A stretch of 64,000 nucleotides of DNA from Thermoanaerobaculia bacterium (GTDB taxonomy: Bacteria > Acidobacteriota > Thermoanaerobaculia > Multivoradales > Multivoraceae), in assembly GCA_963666565.1 (NCBI GenBank), contig OY762911.1, positions 2,022,797 through 2,086,796 on the forward strand, read 5' to 3'. The stretch's first letter is position 1. Every line of letters starts with the position of its first letter. This document shows positions 1 to 9,200 of the stretch, one piece after another. The position numbers were made by a program, and so were the translations under genes. A model generated the notes under the pieces. The model ran no database searches, was not told the origin of the DNA, and saw only the letters and a program-made list of their open reading frames with translations.

Positions 1-5
1 TCGCG

Positions 6-563
6 TTGATGGTGGTCTGCGGCCTCGGCTACGCCGTTCCCTGGGGGGTGGTCACGGTCCACGGCCGGCTGCACCTCCAGGACATGGGCTTCGGCGTCGA
101 TGCCGCGGCGGGTCTGATCGGGCTGATGATCCTCCTGAGCACCTTCGGACGGTTGTCGGGCGCGCTTGGCGACAGGATCTCGCCGCCCCGGCTGCTCGGC
201 GTCGCCCTTGCGATGGAGGGAACGGGAACGGCCTTGTTCCTGTTCGCGGACACGACTTCGGCGGCCCGCGTTGCCCTGATCCTGCTGGGTCTCGGTTTCG
301 GCATGGCCTACATCAGTCAGGCCGCCACCTTCGCCCAGTTCTTCGGCCGCCGCGCCTTCGCCACGACGACGGGCGTCCGTTTCGCCATCGGCGCCGCGCC
401 CGGCGCGGCGATGCCCTGGGTCTCCGGCTGGGTGTTCGACACGCAGGGCAGCTACGCGATTCCCTTCCTGGCCATCGCGGCGGTGTCGCTGGTCGGTTCG
501 GTGGTCGCGTTCTTCCTCAAGCCGCCGCGGAAGAAGGACGCGGCGCAAGCGGCGCCGGCCTGA
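6..563 (+). CDS. MFS transporter, C-terminal portion (5' end outside window)
   Basis: Multiple hydrophobic helices and MFS-like loop motifs; the ORF is open to the window edge. Confidence 0.55.
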   Translation: MMVVCGLGYAVPWGVVTVHGRLHLQDMGFGVDAAAGLIGLMILLSTFGRLSGALGDRISPPRLLGVALAMEGTGTALFLFADTTSAARVALILLGLGFGMAYISQAATFAQFFGRRAFATTTGVRFAIGAAPGAAMPWVSGWVFDTQGSYAIPFLAIAAVSLVGSVVAFFLKPPRKKDAAQAAPA

Positions 564-564
564 C

Positions 565-584
565 GGCCGGCACTGCTGCCGGGA
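565..584. terminator. GC hairpin CCGGC-N6-GCCGG between convergent MFS and photolyase genes (no U-tract)
   Basis: Inverted repeat directly after the MFS stop and before the photolyase stop on the opposite strand; coordinates approximate. Confidence 0.25.
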
Positions 585-597
585 AACCCGCGCCGCG

Positions 598-2049
598 TTA
601 CGGCGACCTTGTCCTTATCCCCCGGACGTGGCTTCGCCAGGCGTCGAGAGCCCGCAGCCGTGCCTCCGCGTGGTCGACCATCGGCAGCGGGTACGTCTCG
701 CCGAGCCGGACGCCGGCTGCGGCGAGGACGCCGTCGGCAGCCAGCCACGGCGCGTGGATCGCGCGATCGGGCAGGCGCCGCAGTTCGGGAATCCACCTTC
801 GCAGATAGTCGCCGGAGGCGTCGTAGCGTCGCGACTGGGCGGCCGGATTGAAGATCCGGAAGTACGGCGCGGCGTCGGCGCCGCTGCCCGCGGTCCACTG
901 CCAGCCGGCGCTGTTGTTCGCCCAGTCCGCGTCGACGAGGGTGTCCCAGAACCACTCCGCGCCGTGCCGCCAGTCGATCAGCAGGTGCTTGGTCAGGAAG
1001 GAGGCGACGAGCATCCGCACCCGGTTGTGCATCCAGCCAGTGGTCCGGAGTTCGCGCATCCCGGCGTCGATGATCGGGTAGCCGGTCTCGGCCCGTTGCC
1101 AGCGGCGGAGATCGCCGGGGGCGCGCCGCCAGGGCATGCGGTCGAACTCCAGCCGGAGGTTGCGGTCGCCCATCTGCGGGTTGTGGGCAAGGAGATGGTG
1201 GCTGAACTCCCGCCAGCCGATCTCGCGCAGGAACGCGTCGCGCCCTGGCCCCGGCGGTAGCGCCGACGCTCCTGCGGCTACCTGGCGGGGGCCGACCTCG
1301 CCGAAGTGCAGGTGCGGCGACAGCCGGCTGGTTGCTTCGACTCCCGGCCGGTCGCGCTCCTGGTCGTACTGTTCGGCCGGGCCGGCGAGGAAGGCCCGGA
1401 GGCGGCGCCGCGCGCCCTCTTCGCCGGGTTGCCAGACCTCGCGGAAGCCCGCCGCCCAGTCCGGCTCGCGGCATCGCAGGTTCCAGCTTTCGAGATCGTC
1501 GCCGGGCGGCCAGACGGCGGGCGAGGCGGGTGGCGGCGGAGCGGGAGCCGGACGGGCGAACGCGTGTTCCAGGCACTTCCGCCAGAACGGCGTGAACACC
1601 CGGTACGGCAGGCCGCTGCCGGAACGGATGTCCCACGGCTCGAAGAGGAGTCCGGCCTGAAAGGTCCGTGTCTCGAGGCCGGCTTCGGCGCAGCGCTCCT
1701 CGATCGCGTCGTCGCGCTGAGCGTTCGCCGGTTCGTAGAGCCGGTTCCAGACGATGGCCGAGGCGCCGGTTTCCCCGGCCAGTTCGGCGATTGCCTGGCG
1801 GGCTGATCCGCGGCGAAGGACGAGCCGGCTGCCCTGGCGGCGCAGTGCCCGGTCCAGCGCCTCAAGGCTGCCGTGCAGCCACCACCGCGAAGCGCCTCCG
1901 AGCGGCCTGTGGCCCTCTTCCTCGTCCAGCACGAACGCCGGGATCGCGGGCCGGCCGGCTTCGACGGCCCACGACCAGGCGGGGTTGTCGGCCAGACGGA
2001 GATCGTGCCGGAACCAGACGAGGACGGGCGATTCAGCGGAACGAGGCAT
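598..2049 (-). CDS. phr: Deoxyribodipyrimidine photolyase / cryptochrome family (FAD-binding)
   Basis: Photolyase N-terminal fold motifs (VWFRHDLRLADNPAW) and the FAD-binding C-terminal domain (TGYPIIDAGMRELRTTGWMHNRVRMLVASFL, WANNSAGWQW). Start moved to the internal Met that gives a roughly 484 aa protein. Confidence 0.85.
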   Translation of the reverse strand: MPRSAESPVLVWFRHDLRLADNPAWSWAVEAGRPAIPAFVLDEEEGHRPLGGASRWWLHGSLEALDRALRRQGSRLVLRRGSARQAIAELAGETGASAIVWNRLYEPANAQRDDAIEERCAEAGLETRTFQAGLLFEPWDIRSGSGLPYRVFTPFWRKCLEHAFARPAPAPPPPASPAVWPPGDDLESWNLRCREPDWAAGFREVWQPGEEGARRRLRAFLAGPAEQYDQERDRPGVEATSRLSPHLHFGEVGPRQVAAGASALPPGPGRDAFLREIGWREFSHHLLAHNPQMGDRNLRLEFDRMPWRRAPGDLRRWQRAETGYPIIDAGMRELRTTGWMHNRVRMLVASFLTKHLLIDWRHGAEWFWDTLVDADWANNSAGWQWTAGSGADAAPYFRIFNPAAQSRRYDASGDYLRRWIPELRRLPDRAIHAPWLAADGVLAAAGVRLGETYPLPMVDHAEARLRALDAWRSHVRGIRTRSP

Positions 2050-2227
2050 CGGGGCTGACGGTATCTTCCCGGACGGAACCGGGGCGGTCGGCCGCCAGCC
2101 AGCCGGACGAGACGTTGGGTTCCCGCTTCCGCTTGCCGGGCAGGCAGGGAGCGCCGCGGGTCTTCTCCGCAACGCAGTGCCGCACGGGTTGACGGAACAG
2201 GCCGTCGCGTCGCAGAGTGTCAGCGCG

Positions 2228-3499
2228 ATGAAAGAACCCCTCTTGGGAACGGCTGGCCGCTGGCGGTCGGTTCCGGTCGCCGCGGTACTGGCCGGACTCG
2301 CGGTTTCGGGCGGCGCGGCAGCCGACGACTGGCCGCAGTGGCGCGGACCGCAGCGCGACGGCGTCTCGATGGAGACCGGCCTTGCCGGCCGCTGGCCGTC
2401 CGGGGGGCCTCCGCTGCTGTGGCGCATCGACGGCCTGGGCGAGGGCTACGGTTCGGTGTCGGCGGTCGGCGGCGCTCTCTACGTGCAGGGAACCCGCGGC
2501 GGCCGCAGCCTCGTGTTCGCCCTCGATGCGTCGGACGGCGACGTCCGCTGGGAACGCGAACTCGGCTCGCGGCTTCGGGACGGCCGGGGCAATGGCCCCC
2601 GCGGCACGCCGACGGTGGCTGGCGACGCGCTCTACGCGCTGACCGGCGTGGGAGAACTGGCGCGCATCCGTCTCGCTGACGGGAGCGTGGCGTGGCGGCG
2701 AAACATCCTCCGCGACTTCGGCCAGCGGAACATCAGTTGGGGGATCAGCGAGTCCCCTTTGATCGAGGGCGGCCGGGTGGTCGTGATGCCGGGAGGAGAG
2801 GGCGGCGCGATCGCGGCCCTCGACCGGGAGACGGGCGGCACGGTGTGGACCAGCACCGGCCTGACCGACCGGGCCGGCTACTCGTCTCTCATCGCCGTCG
2901 ACCTGGAGGACGGCGGCGAGCCGCTGCGGGCGATCGTCGGCTTCACGGCGCGGGCCGGCGTGGGCGTGCGGGCCTCGGACGGCGAACTGCTCTGGCACTA
3001 CCGGGAGCCGGCCAACCGCACGGCGAACGCGGCGACGCCGATCTACTCGGGCGGCCTCGTCTTCTACGCCTCGGACTACGGCACGGGAGGCGGCGCGCTC
3101 CGGGTGCGGGTGGCTGGCGACAACGTGAGCAGCGGCCAGGCGTGGTTCGAGTCGCGCCTGCGCAACCATCACGGCGGCGTCGTGCTCCACGAAGGACATC
3201 TCTACGGGTTCTTCGGCAGCGCGCTCGCCTGCGTGGACTTCGCAACCGGCGAGACCGTGTGGAGGGACCGCAGCGTCGGCAAGGGTTCGCTCACTCTCGC
3301 CGACGGCAAGCTGTTCCTGCTCGGCGAGAGGCACCTCGCCGGCCTGGCGGAAGCGACGCCCGATGGCTACGTCGAGCTGGGCCGCTTCGACGTGGACAAC
3401 CGCGGCCGCCCGAGCTGGGCGCATCCCGTGGTAAGCAACGGCGTGCTGTACCTCCGCAACTGGGACGAACTGCTGGCGTACGACGTCGCGGACCGGTAG
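2228..3499 (+). CDS. PQQ-like beta-propeller repeat protein (BamB-like), secreted
   Basis: Signal peptide, then repeated 'G.LYA/V..DG.L.A.D..TG...W' PQQ-type repeats. Start chosen at the MKEPLL Met downstream of the divergent photolyase. Confidence 0.7.
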   Translation: MKEPLLGTAGRWRSVPVAAVLAGLAVSGGAAADDWPQWRGPQRDGVSMETGLAGRWPSGGPPLLWRIDGLGEGYGSVSAVGGALYVQGTRGGRSLVFALDASDGDVRWERELGSRLRDGRGNGPRGTPTVAGDALYALTGVGELARIRLADGSVAWRRNILRDFGQRNISWGISESPLIEGGRVVVMPGGEGGAIAALDRETGGTVWTSTGLTDRAGYSSLIAVDLEDGGEPLRAIVGFTARAGVGVRASDGELLWHYREPANRTANAATPIYSGGLVFYASDYGTGGGALRVRVAGDNVSSGQAWFESRLRNHHGGVVLHEGHLYGFFGSALACVDFATGETVWRDRSVGKGSLTLADGKLFLLGERHLAGLAEATPDGYVELGRFDVDNRGRPSWAHPVVSNGVLYLRNWDELLAYDVADR

Positions 3500-3550
3500 G
3501 GCGCGGGCTCAGGATTGGCGCCCGCGTCGGGGTGGCGTAGGGTAACGGCC

Positions 3551-3769
3551 ATGCGGACGAAGGTGGAGCTCGACGACGAACTCGTGGCCGAGGCGAGTCG
3601 CTACGCGAACCGAACGGGCCGGACTCTCGGGGCGCTGATCGAGGAGGGCCTGCGCCTCGTGGTCCCCCTTCGGCAGTCACGTGGACCTGCGGAACGGGTG
3701 GAGTTATTGACCGGCGGCAAGGGCGGATTGATGCCCGGCGTCAAGAAGGACGGCTTCAATCACCTCTGA
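3551..3769 (+). CDS. Ribbon-helix-helix / VapB-like type II antitoxin (orphan)
   Basis: MRTKVELDDELVAEASRYANRTGRTLGALIEEGLRLVV resembles VapB/RHH antitoxins; no cognate toxin downstream. Confidence 0.5.
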   Translation: MRTKVELDDELVAEASRYANRTGRTLGALIEEGLRLVVPLRQSRGPAERVELLTGGKGGLMPGVKKDGFNHL

Positions 3770-4423
3770 TCAGTCGCGCAAGGGGCCCGATCGCTCGCCG
3801 TCGGCAAACGCGCTCTGGAACTCCGGCCTGCCTTCGAGCCGGCCCATGTAGGCGACGGTGTTTGGGTACCTTTCGTCCAGTACGCCCAGCCGCTGCGCCA
3901 AGGCCAGCGAGTATCCCATCATGATGTCGGCGGCGGTCAGGTCGTCGCCGAGCAGGTAGTCGCGGCCTTCGAGTGTCGCTTCGACCGCGTCGAGGCAGAT
4001 CTCGGCGCGCTCGCGGCCGTCCTCGACGACGGCCGGGATGCGCTCCGGTGCCGGCTTGAGGATGCGGTGGTGGACCATGTCGCCGAGCGGACGCGCCAGG
4101 CTCGCCTCGGCGAACCAGGACCACTGAAGGAACAGCGCGCTTTCGGGGCTGCCCGCAGGCGGCTGCAGGCGGCCTTTCCCGTATCGCTCCAGGATGTAGT
4201 GGACCATCGCGCCGGACTCGATCATGGTGAAGGGCTTGCCCTTCTCGTCGACGTCCGTCATGGCCGGCACCTTGCCGATCGGGTTGAGCCGCCGCCATTC
4301 GGCCGACTTGCGGTACTCCGGGCTGAAGTCGACCGGGACGACTTCGTACGGGAGATCCAACTCCTCGCACAGCCAGATGACCCGTGCGGAGCGGGTCCGC
4401 GGCACGTGGTAGATCGTGATCAC
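3770..4423 (-). CDS. Glutathione S-transferase
   Basis: GST N-terminal thioredoxin-like domain (IYHVPRTRSARVIWLCEELDLPYE) and C-terminal helical domain. Confidence 0.85.
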   Translation of the reverse strand: MITIYHVPRTRSARVIWLCEELDLPYEVVPVDFSPEYRKSAEWRRLNPIGKVPAMTDVDEKGKPFTMIESGAMVHYILERYGKGRLQPPAGSPESALFLQWSWFAEASLARPLGDMVHHRILKPAPERIPAVVEDGRERAEICLDAVEATLEGRDYLLGDDLTAADIMMGYSLALAQRLGVLDERYPNTVAYMGRLEGRPEFQSAFADGERSGPLRD

Positions 4424-4456
4424 GTGCGAAGGGAGAACGTCGATAATCTGGTCGGT

Positions 4457-5323
4457 CTACGCCAGAGCGCGCTCGAACAGGGCGAGCAGTCGGCTCCACG
4501 CCCGCTCCGCCTGAGCCTCGTTGTAGACCGGCGTGTCCGGCGGGCACCAGCCGTGCATCGCGCCCTCGTAGACCTCGATCTCGGCCGGCAGGCCGGCGGC
4601 CTCGAACGTCTCGCGCAGCACGTCCTTGGCCTCGGGCTGGCGCTGGTCGTCGTTCTCGGCGATCGCGAACAGGTAGTGCGCCGTCATGTCCTTCACGAGG
4701 AGGTGTGGGCTGTCCGGCTGATCCGTGACGAGTCCGCCGCCGTGGAAGGAGGCGCCGGCGCCGATGCGGTCGGGCAGCGCGGCCGCCGTCCGCATCGTCA
4801 TCGGGCCGCCCATGCAGTAGCCCATCGTTCCCATCTTCCGGTCGCTGTCGACGGACGACTGGCCGTCCAGGAAGCTCACGAAGGCCTTCGCGTCCGTCAC
4901 GTTGGTCTCGGGACTCAGCGAACCCATCAGCGGCCGCAGCGTCTCGCGCAAGGCGGCGAAGTCGGTGCCGTCCGCGATGGGCGCCTTCTTCGACCGGTAG
5001 TACTGGTTGACGGCCAGGACGGAGTAGCCCGATTCCGCGAGGCGCGTCGCCATCTGCCGCATCGCCGGCCGCAGGCCGAACGCGTCCGGCCAGATGAGGA
5101 CGCCCGGATGGGCGCCGTTCGCCGGGTGGACGAAGTAGCTGTCGCAGACGCCGTCGGGTGTCGTGATCTCGATCTCGGAGTCGGTGACGTTCAGGGCGTT
5201 CGCCGCCCGCGGCAGCAGGATCGTCAGGCCCGCGCCGGCCGAGACGGCGCCGAACTCCCGACGGGTCAGCCGCTTCCCTTGCAGGTACCGGGCGTTCTCG
5301 GCATCGGTTCTGTCGTCACACAT
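4457..5323 (-). CDS. Dienelactone hydrolase family protein, TAT signal
   Basis: RREFGAVSAGAGL twin-arginine signal; DLH-like motifs GYCMGG and an HGG region. Confidence 0.8.
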   Translation of the reverse strand: MCDDRTDAENARYLQGKRLTRREFGAVSAGAGLTILLPRAANALNVTDSEIEITTPDGVCDSYFVHPANGAHPGVLIWPDAFGLRPAMRQMATRLAESGYSVLAVNQYYRSKKAPIADGTDFAALRETLRPLMGSLSPETNVTDAKAFVSFLDGQSSVDSDRKMGTMGYCMGGPMTMRTAAALPDRIGAGASFHGGGLVTDQPDSPHLLVKDMTAHYLFAIAENDDQRQPEAKDVLRETFEAAGLPAEIEVYEGAMHGWCPPDTPVYNEAQAERAWSRLLALFERALA

Positions 5324-5356
5324 GGGGTCCTCCCGGGTCTGGGTTTCAGGCGTCCC

Positions 5357-5512
5357 TCAGGCCGCTTCATGGATGGTCCGTCCCTCGCCCCGCGCCGCCG
5401 AGCCGAAGAGGATGATCTTCTCCGGCTGGGCAACGTCCACGATGCACCGGACGATCTTGTCCAGGAGGTCGGGGTCGAGGGGGCGTGTGCCGGTTTGCGG
5501 CGGCTCGGTCAT
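5357..5512 (-). pseudogene. Nucleotidyltransferase (MNT-like) domain fragment
   Basis: IILFGSAARGEG nucleotidyltransferase motif, but only about 50 aa precede the stop; probably a truncated remnant. Confidence 0.3.
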
Positions 5513-5610
5513 TGGAACGAGTCTACAGGCCGCCGTTCCGTTTCGGGCCGTTCGGCGCACGCCCGCACGACGGGACGGGGTACCGGCGGCACTTCCATCG
5601 TGTGCTTCTG

Positions 5611-5640
5611 TTGCAATGGACTAATCGATGGTCCAGAATG
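5611..5640 (+). promoter_or_regulatory. Putative promoter/operator of the phd-vapC operon (TTGCAA-N17-CAGAAT with imperfect palindrome GGACTAATCGATGGTCC)
   Basis: A -35/-10-like pair overlapping a palindrome about 40-60 bp upstream of the antitoxin ATG. Type II TA operons are usually autoregulated at such operators. Coordinates approximate. Confidence 0.3.
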
Positions 5641-5674
5641 GGCGAGCCGAGTCCAATGACCTGAGGCCGTTCCC

Positions 5675-5932
5675 ATGCAAATCTCCGTATCCGAGGCCAA
5701 GGCCAAGCTGACTGAACTCGTCCGGCGCGCCGAAGCCGGACACGACGTGGTACTTACTCGTCATGGCCGGGCAACGGTCGCCCTGGTTCCCGTTCGGGCG
5801 CGGCGCGATCCCGAGGCGCGACGGGCCGTGATCGCCTCCGTGCGCGCCGCCGCCGCGGGCAAGGCGGAGATCGGCGCCAGCGCCGCCCGGAGCCAGGACT
5901 TTCTCTACGGCGACAGCGGTCTGCCAGAGTGA
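5675..5932 (+). CDS. Phd/YefM-family type II antitoxin
   Basis: MQISVSEAKAKLTELVRRAEAGHDVVLTRHGRATVALVP is a canonical Phd/YefM N-terminus; 4-nt overlap (GTGA) with the downstream PIN gene. Confidence 0.75.
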   Translation: MQISVSEAKAKLTELVRRAEAGHDVVLTRHGRATVALVPVRARRDPEARRAVIASVRAAAAGKAEIGASAARSQDFLYGDSGLPE

Positions 5933-6309
5933 TTGCCGTAGACACGTCCGCCCTGATGGCCGTTCTGCTGGACGAGCCGACCGCGGGAGATTGTGCTGAG
6001 GTGCTGGCGAGCGAGCGCTGCGCGATTTCCGCGGCTACGGTCGCCGAAGCGTTGATCGTGGCCGATCGCCGAGGCTTGCGTTCGGAGATGGCCGGCTTGA
6101 TCGACGGCCTGGGCCTTGAGGTCGTCAGCGTGTCGGCGGCGGCAGCCCGCCGGGTTGCTGACGCTTATGCGCGATGGGGTAAGGGCGTGCATGCCTCCGC
6201 ACTGAACTTCGGCGATTGCTTCGCCTACGACCTGGCCAAGACCAATGATTGCCCCTTGCTCTACGTTGGGCTGGATTTCGGACGGACCGACGTTGACGCT
6301 GCCATGTAG
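5929..6309 (+). CDS. vapC: VapC-family PIN-domain toxin
   Basis: IAVDTSALMAVLLDEP PIN N-terminus with conserved acidic residues; translationally coupled to phd. Confidence 0.8.
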   Translation: MIAVDTSALMAVLLDEPTAGDCAEVLASERCAISAATVAEALIVADRRGLRSEMAGLIDGLGLEVVSVSAAAARRVADAYARWGKGVHASALNFGDCFAYDLAKTNDCPLLYVGLDFGRTDVDAAM

Positions 6310-6349
6310 GCGATGCCCGGACATGGCACGCTGTTCGCCTCCAACTGCC

Positions 6350-6826
6350 TTAGCCCCACCACACGCCGCAGTCCCTCGCCTGGAGTTCCCGTGCCAACGC
6401 CCTCTCCATGTCTTTGGCCTGATCGGCTGACACGGAGGCTGAACCCACTAGAGGACGCTTGCCGAAGTCTCTGACGAACCCCTTGCCGGCTTGGTAGTTC
6501 CTCTTGTGTCGCTTGAAACGACGCTCGGGCTTGAGTCCGGTTTCGCCCACGTAAAAGAACTGCTTACGGTTCTCCTCCCGGTAGTGAGGGTTCTTCTCCC
6601 GGAACTTCGCTTTCTCCCGCCACACAGACCGGTCAAGGAGAACCACGTAGAGGTTCCGCTCCCGTCCCCCCGGCGGGACCGCGGGGTACCGGCTCAGCAC
6701 GGAGTCGATGGCCTCGCGGACCAACTGGGTCGCTGGCCGAGCCCGCCGCCTTCGGATGAGCTCTATGGCCGCATAGGTGGCTGCTGCGCCAGCGCCAACT
6801 GCGATGGGAATGAGGGGGACGGCCAC
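6350..6826 (-). CDS. Membrane-anchored GIY-YIG-like nuclease family protein (putative)
   Basis: N-terminal TM helix; NLYVVLLD...FFYVGETGLKPERRFKRHKRN resembles the GIY-YIG core; local GC lower (about 58 percent). Confidence 0.4.
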   Translation of the reverse strand: MAVPLIPIAVGAGAAATYAAIELIRRRRARPATQLVREAIDSVLSRYPAVPPGGRERNLYVVLLDRSVWREKAKFREKNPHYREENRKQFFYVGETGLKPERRFKRHKRNYQAGKGFVRDFGKRPLVGSASVSADQAKDMERALARELQARDCGVWWG

Positions 6827-6854
6827 TCTTCGCTGCTCCTATCGTTACACGCTG

Positions 6855-7487
6855 CTACACGTGGCTCTCGCCGGGCTCGTGCTGGCAGCCACGGAAACGC
6901 TCGACGCGGACCCGGTCGGGCAGCCCTAGCGCTTCCGTGCGTCCGACCTTCGAGGTGTAGAAGGCGAACAGCGTACGCCGCTTCAGGTCGCTGAAGAAAG
7001 CGGCGCCGGCGAGCAGTTCCGGCGCGTGTTCCTCGTGCTCGTCGCTGATCTCGCGCAGCATGTCGAGTTGGCGAGCCGCGTCGAGTGCGACGAAGGACGA
7101 GCCGTGCACCTCCGCCGCGCGCCGGTCGATCCAGTCCAGGCCGCCGAGCGCGGCCAACTGCTCGTCGCCGTCGGCGAGCGAGAGTTCGAGGTCGATGAAC
7201 TCGTGGACGGCGGCGTCTCGGGCGCCGGGAGTGTCCGTGCGCGGCAGGATGTGCTCGCAGAGCACGGCGAGCAGTTCGCCCTGGGCCTGCGTCAGCAGCC
7301 GGGGCGTCCAGCCGGCGCCCTCGGCCTGGTAGGCGGCCACCGCCGGGATCGCGGCCCGAATCGGTTCGGCCTGCAGCGTGGCGTAGCCGAAGGCGCCCGC
7401 GCCGGCCGCCAGGACCTTCCGTCTCGTGGTCCGTCCGCCCGCGCTTGCCCCCGCGGCGGTGGTCGCGCCGTTCGTCGGCTTGTTCAT
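6855..7487 (-). CDS. Gluconate 2-dehydrogenase subunit 3 family protein (TAT signal)
   Basis: TRRKVLAAGAGAFGYATL twin-arginine signal; small-subunit partner of GMC dehydrogenases; start overlaps the GMC stop (ATGA). Confidence 0.65.
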   Translation of the reverse strand: MNKPTNGATTAAGASAGGRTTRRKVLAAGAGAFGYATLQAEPIRAAIPAVAAYQAEGAGWTPRLLTQAQGELLAVLCEHILPRTDTPGARDAAVHEFIDLELSLADGDEQLAALGGLDWIDRRAAEVHGSSFVALDAARQLDMLREISDEHEEHAPELLAGAAFFSDLKRRTLFAFYTSKVGRTEALGLPDRVRVERFRGCQHEPGESHV

Positions 7488-9178
7488 GCGAGTTCTCCGC
7501 GCTTGTGCCGCTCGACGACGTACTCGGACGAGCGCAGCGCCAGCGCCATCATGGTCAAGGTCGGGTTGACGCAGCCGATGCTGACGTAGCAGGAGCCGTC
7601 CATGACGAACAGGTTCTTCACGGTGTGGGACTGCTGGTACTGGTTCATCCAGGAGGTCTTCGGATCGTCGCCCATGCGGGCCGTGCCGACCTCGTGGATG
7701 CCCGATCCCAGCGGCGCCGGCTCCGTGTTCTGGGTGATGTTCGTGCAGCCGAGCGCCTCCAGCATGGCCCGGCCTTCCGCGATGATGTCCTGGACCATCG
7801 CGTACTCGTTGCTGCCGAGGGTGCAGTTCATCCGGAGCACGGGCACGCCCCACTTGTCGGTCACGTCCGCGTCGAGCGCGACGCGGTTCTCGGCCCGCGG
7901 CAGGATCTCGCCGAAGCCGCCGAGGCCGATCGTCGAGACGGTGCTCGATTCGACCATCCGCTTGAAGTCGGCGCCGAAGCCGGGAATGCCGTTGCCGTGC
8001 TGCCAGGTGGTGATGTTCTCGCCGCCCTGGTAGCCGTAGCCGCGGATGAAGTTCGGGTTCTTCGTTGCCGCGTCCTTCAGGTTCTGGAAGCGGGGTACGT
8101 AGATCCCGTTCGGTCGATTCGCGCGCTCCGGTTGAGCGCCGGCCCGCGCCTCCAGGACGCCGCGTACTCCGGTCGCGTAGATGTGGTCCATCACGTAGCG
8201 GCCCAGGCAGTCGCTGTCGTTGGCGAGGCCGCCCTCGGCCGAGTTGAGCAGGATGCGGGTCGAAGCGAGGGTCGAGGCGCAGAGCACGACGACGTCGGCC
8301 TTGGCTTCCCGGGTCAGGTCCGTGTTCTTGTCGACGTAGGTGACGCCCGAGGCCAGGTCGCCGGCCTTCATGTCGACCTTGATGACGGCGGCGTCCGGGA
8401 CCAGGGTGAACCGGCCGGTCGCCTCGCAGTCGACGAGGGTCGTCTGCGGCGAGTTGAAGTAGGAGTTCGTCCGGCAGCCGTAGTGGCAGGGGCCGCAGTA
8501 GTGGCACATGTCGCGGCCGTTGTGCCGGCGGGTGAGGACGGCGTTGCGGCCGATCGTCATCGGCCGGTTGAACTTCTCGGCCAGGGTCTCCTTCAGCATC
8601 GCCTCGCCGCACGTGAAGGCCATCGGCGGCAGGAAGTCGCCGTCCGGCAGGATCTCCAGACCCTCCTTGCGGCCGTTGACGCCGATGTAGCGTTCGATCC
8701 GGTCGTAGTACGGCGCCAGGTCGGCGTAGCCGATCGGCCAGTCCATGCCGTAGCCATCGAGGCTGGCCGCCTTGAAGTCGTAGTCGCTCATCCGGTACGA
8801 CTGCCGCGCCCACATGATCGAGCGGCCGCCGACGACGTTGCCCTGGATCCAGTTGAAGTGGGTGCCGGGGGCCTCGGTGTAGGGGTTGTCGACGTCGTCG
8901 ATGAAGAAGTCCGCGTTGACCTCGGTGCAGGCGTAGCAGTACGACTGGCGGTGCCGCCGCTGGAGCAGTTCGTTGCGCGGGTCGGGGCGGCCGCGGAGTT
9001 CCATGTCGTGCGGCAGGGTGTGCTCGCGGAAGTCGTTCTCGGGGTCGAAGGCGCGGCCGGCCTCGAGCATCAGCACGTCCATCCCGGCTTCGGTGAGGAC
9101 CTTGGCGGCCCAGCCGCCGGTGGCGCCGGAGCCGACGACGATGGCGTCCCAGGTCTTCGTGTCGGACGTCTGTTTCAT
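7484..9178 (-). CDS. GMC family FAD-dependent oxidoreductase (gluconate 2-dehydrogenase flavoprotein-like)
   Basis: WDAIVVGSGATGGWAAKVL Rossmann motif; GMC C-terminal HEVGTARMG and CVNPTLTMMALA motifs. Confidence 0.9.
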   Translation of the reverse strand: MKQTSDTKTWDAIVVGSGATGGWAAKVLTEAGMDVLMLEAGRAFDPENDFREHTLPHDMELRGRPDPRNELLQRRHRQSYCYACTEVNADFFIDDVDNPYTEAPGTHFNWIQGNVVGGRSIMWARQSYRMSDYDFKAASLDGYGMDWPIGYADLAPYYDRIERYIGVNGRKEGLEILPDGDFLPPMAFTCGEAMLKETLAEKFNRPMTIGRNAVLTRRHNGRDMCHYCGPCHYGCRTNSYFNSPQTTLVDCEATGRFTLVPDAAVIKVDMKAGDLASGVTYVDKNTDLTREAKADVVVLCASTLASTRILLNSAEGGLANDSDCLGRYVMDHIYATGVRGVLEARAGAQPERANRPNGIYVPRFQNLKDAATKNPNFIRGYGYQGGENITTWQHGNGIPGFGADFKRMVESSTVSTIGLGGFGEILPRAENRVALDADVTDKWGVPVLRMNCTLGSNEYAMVQDIIAEGRAMLEALGCTNITQNTEPAPLGSGIHEVGTARMGDDPKTSWMNQYQQSHTVKNLFVMDGSCYVSIGCVNPTLTMMALALRSSEYVVERHKRGELA

Positions 9179-9200
9179 GCGGGAGGGTCCTCGGCTGGAG

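Noticed and set aside
452-2427. Long RG-rich ORFs overlapping or extending the photolyase gene (for example 452-1636 minus; the N-terminal 126 aa of the 609 aa ORF)
   Set aside because: Arg/Pro/Gly-rich translations typical of out-of-frame or upstream read-through in 70 percent GC DNA; no domain signal; the photolyase homology starts at the internal Met.
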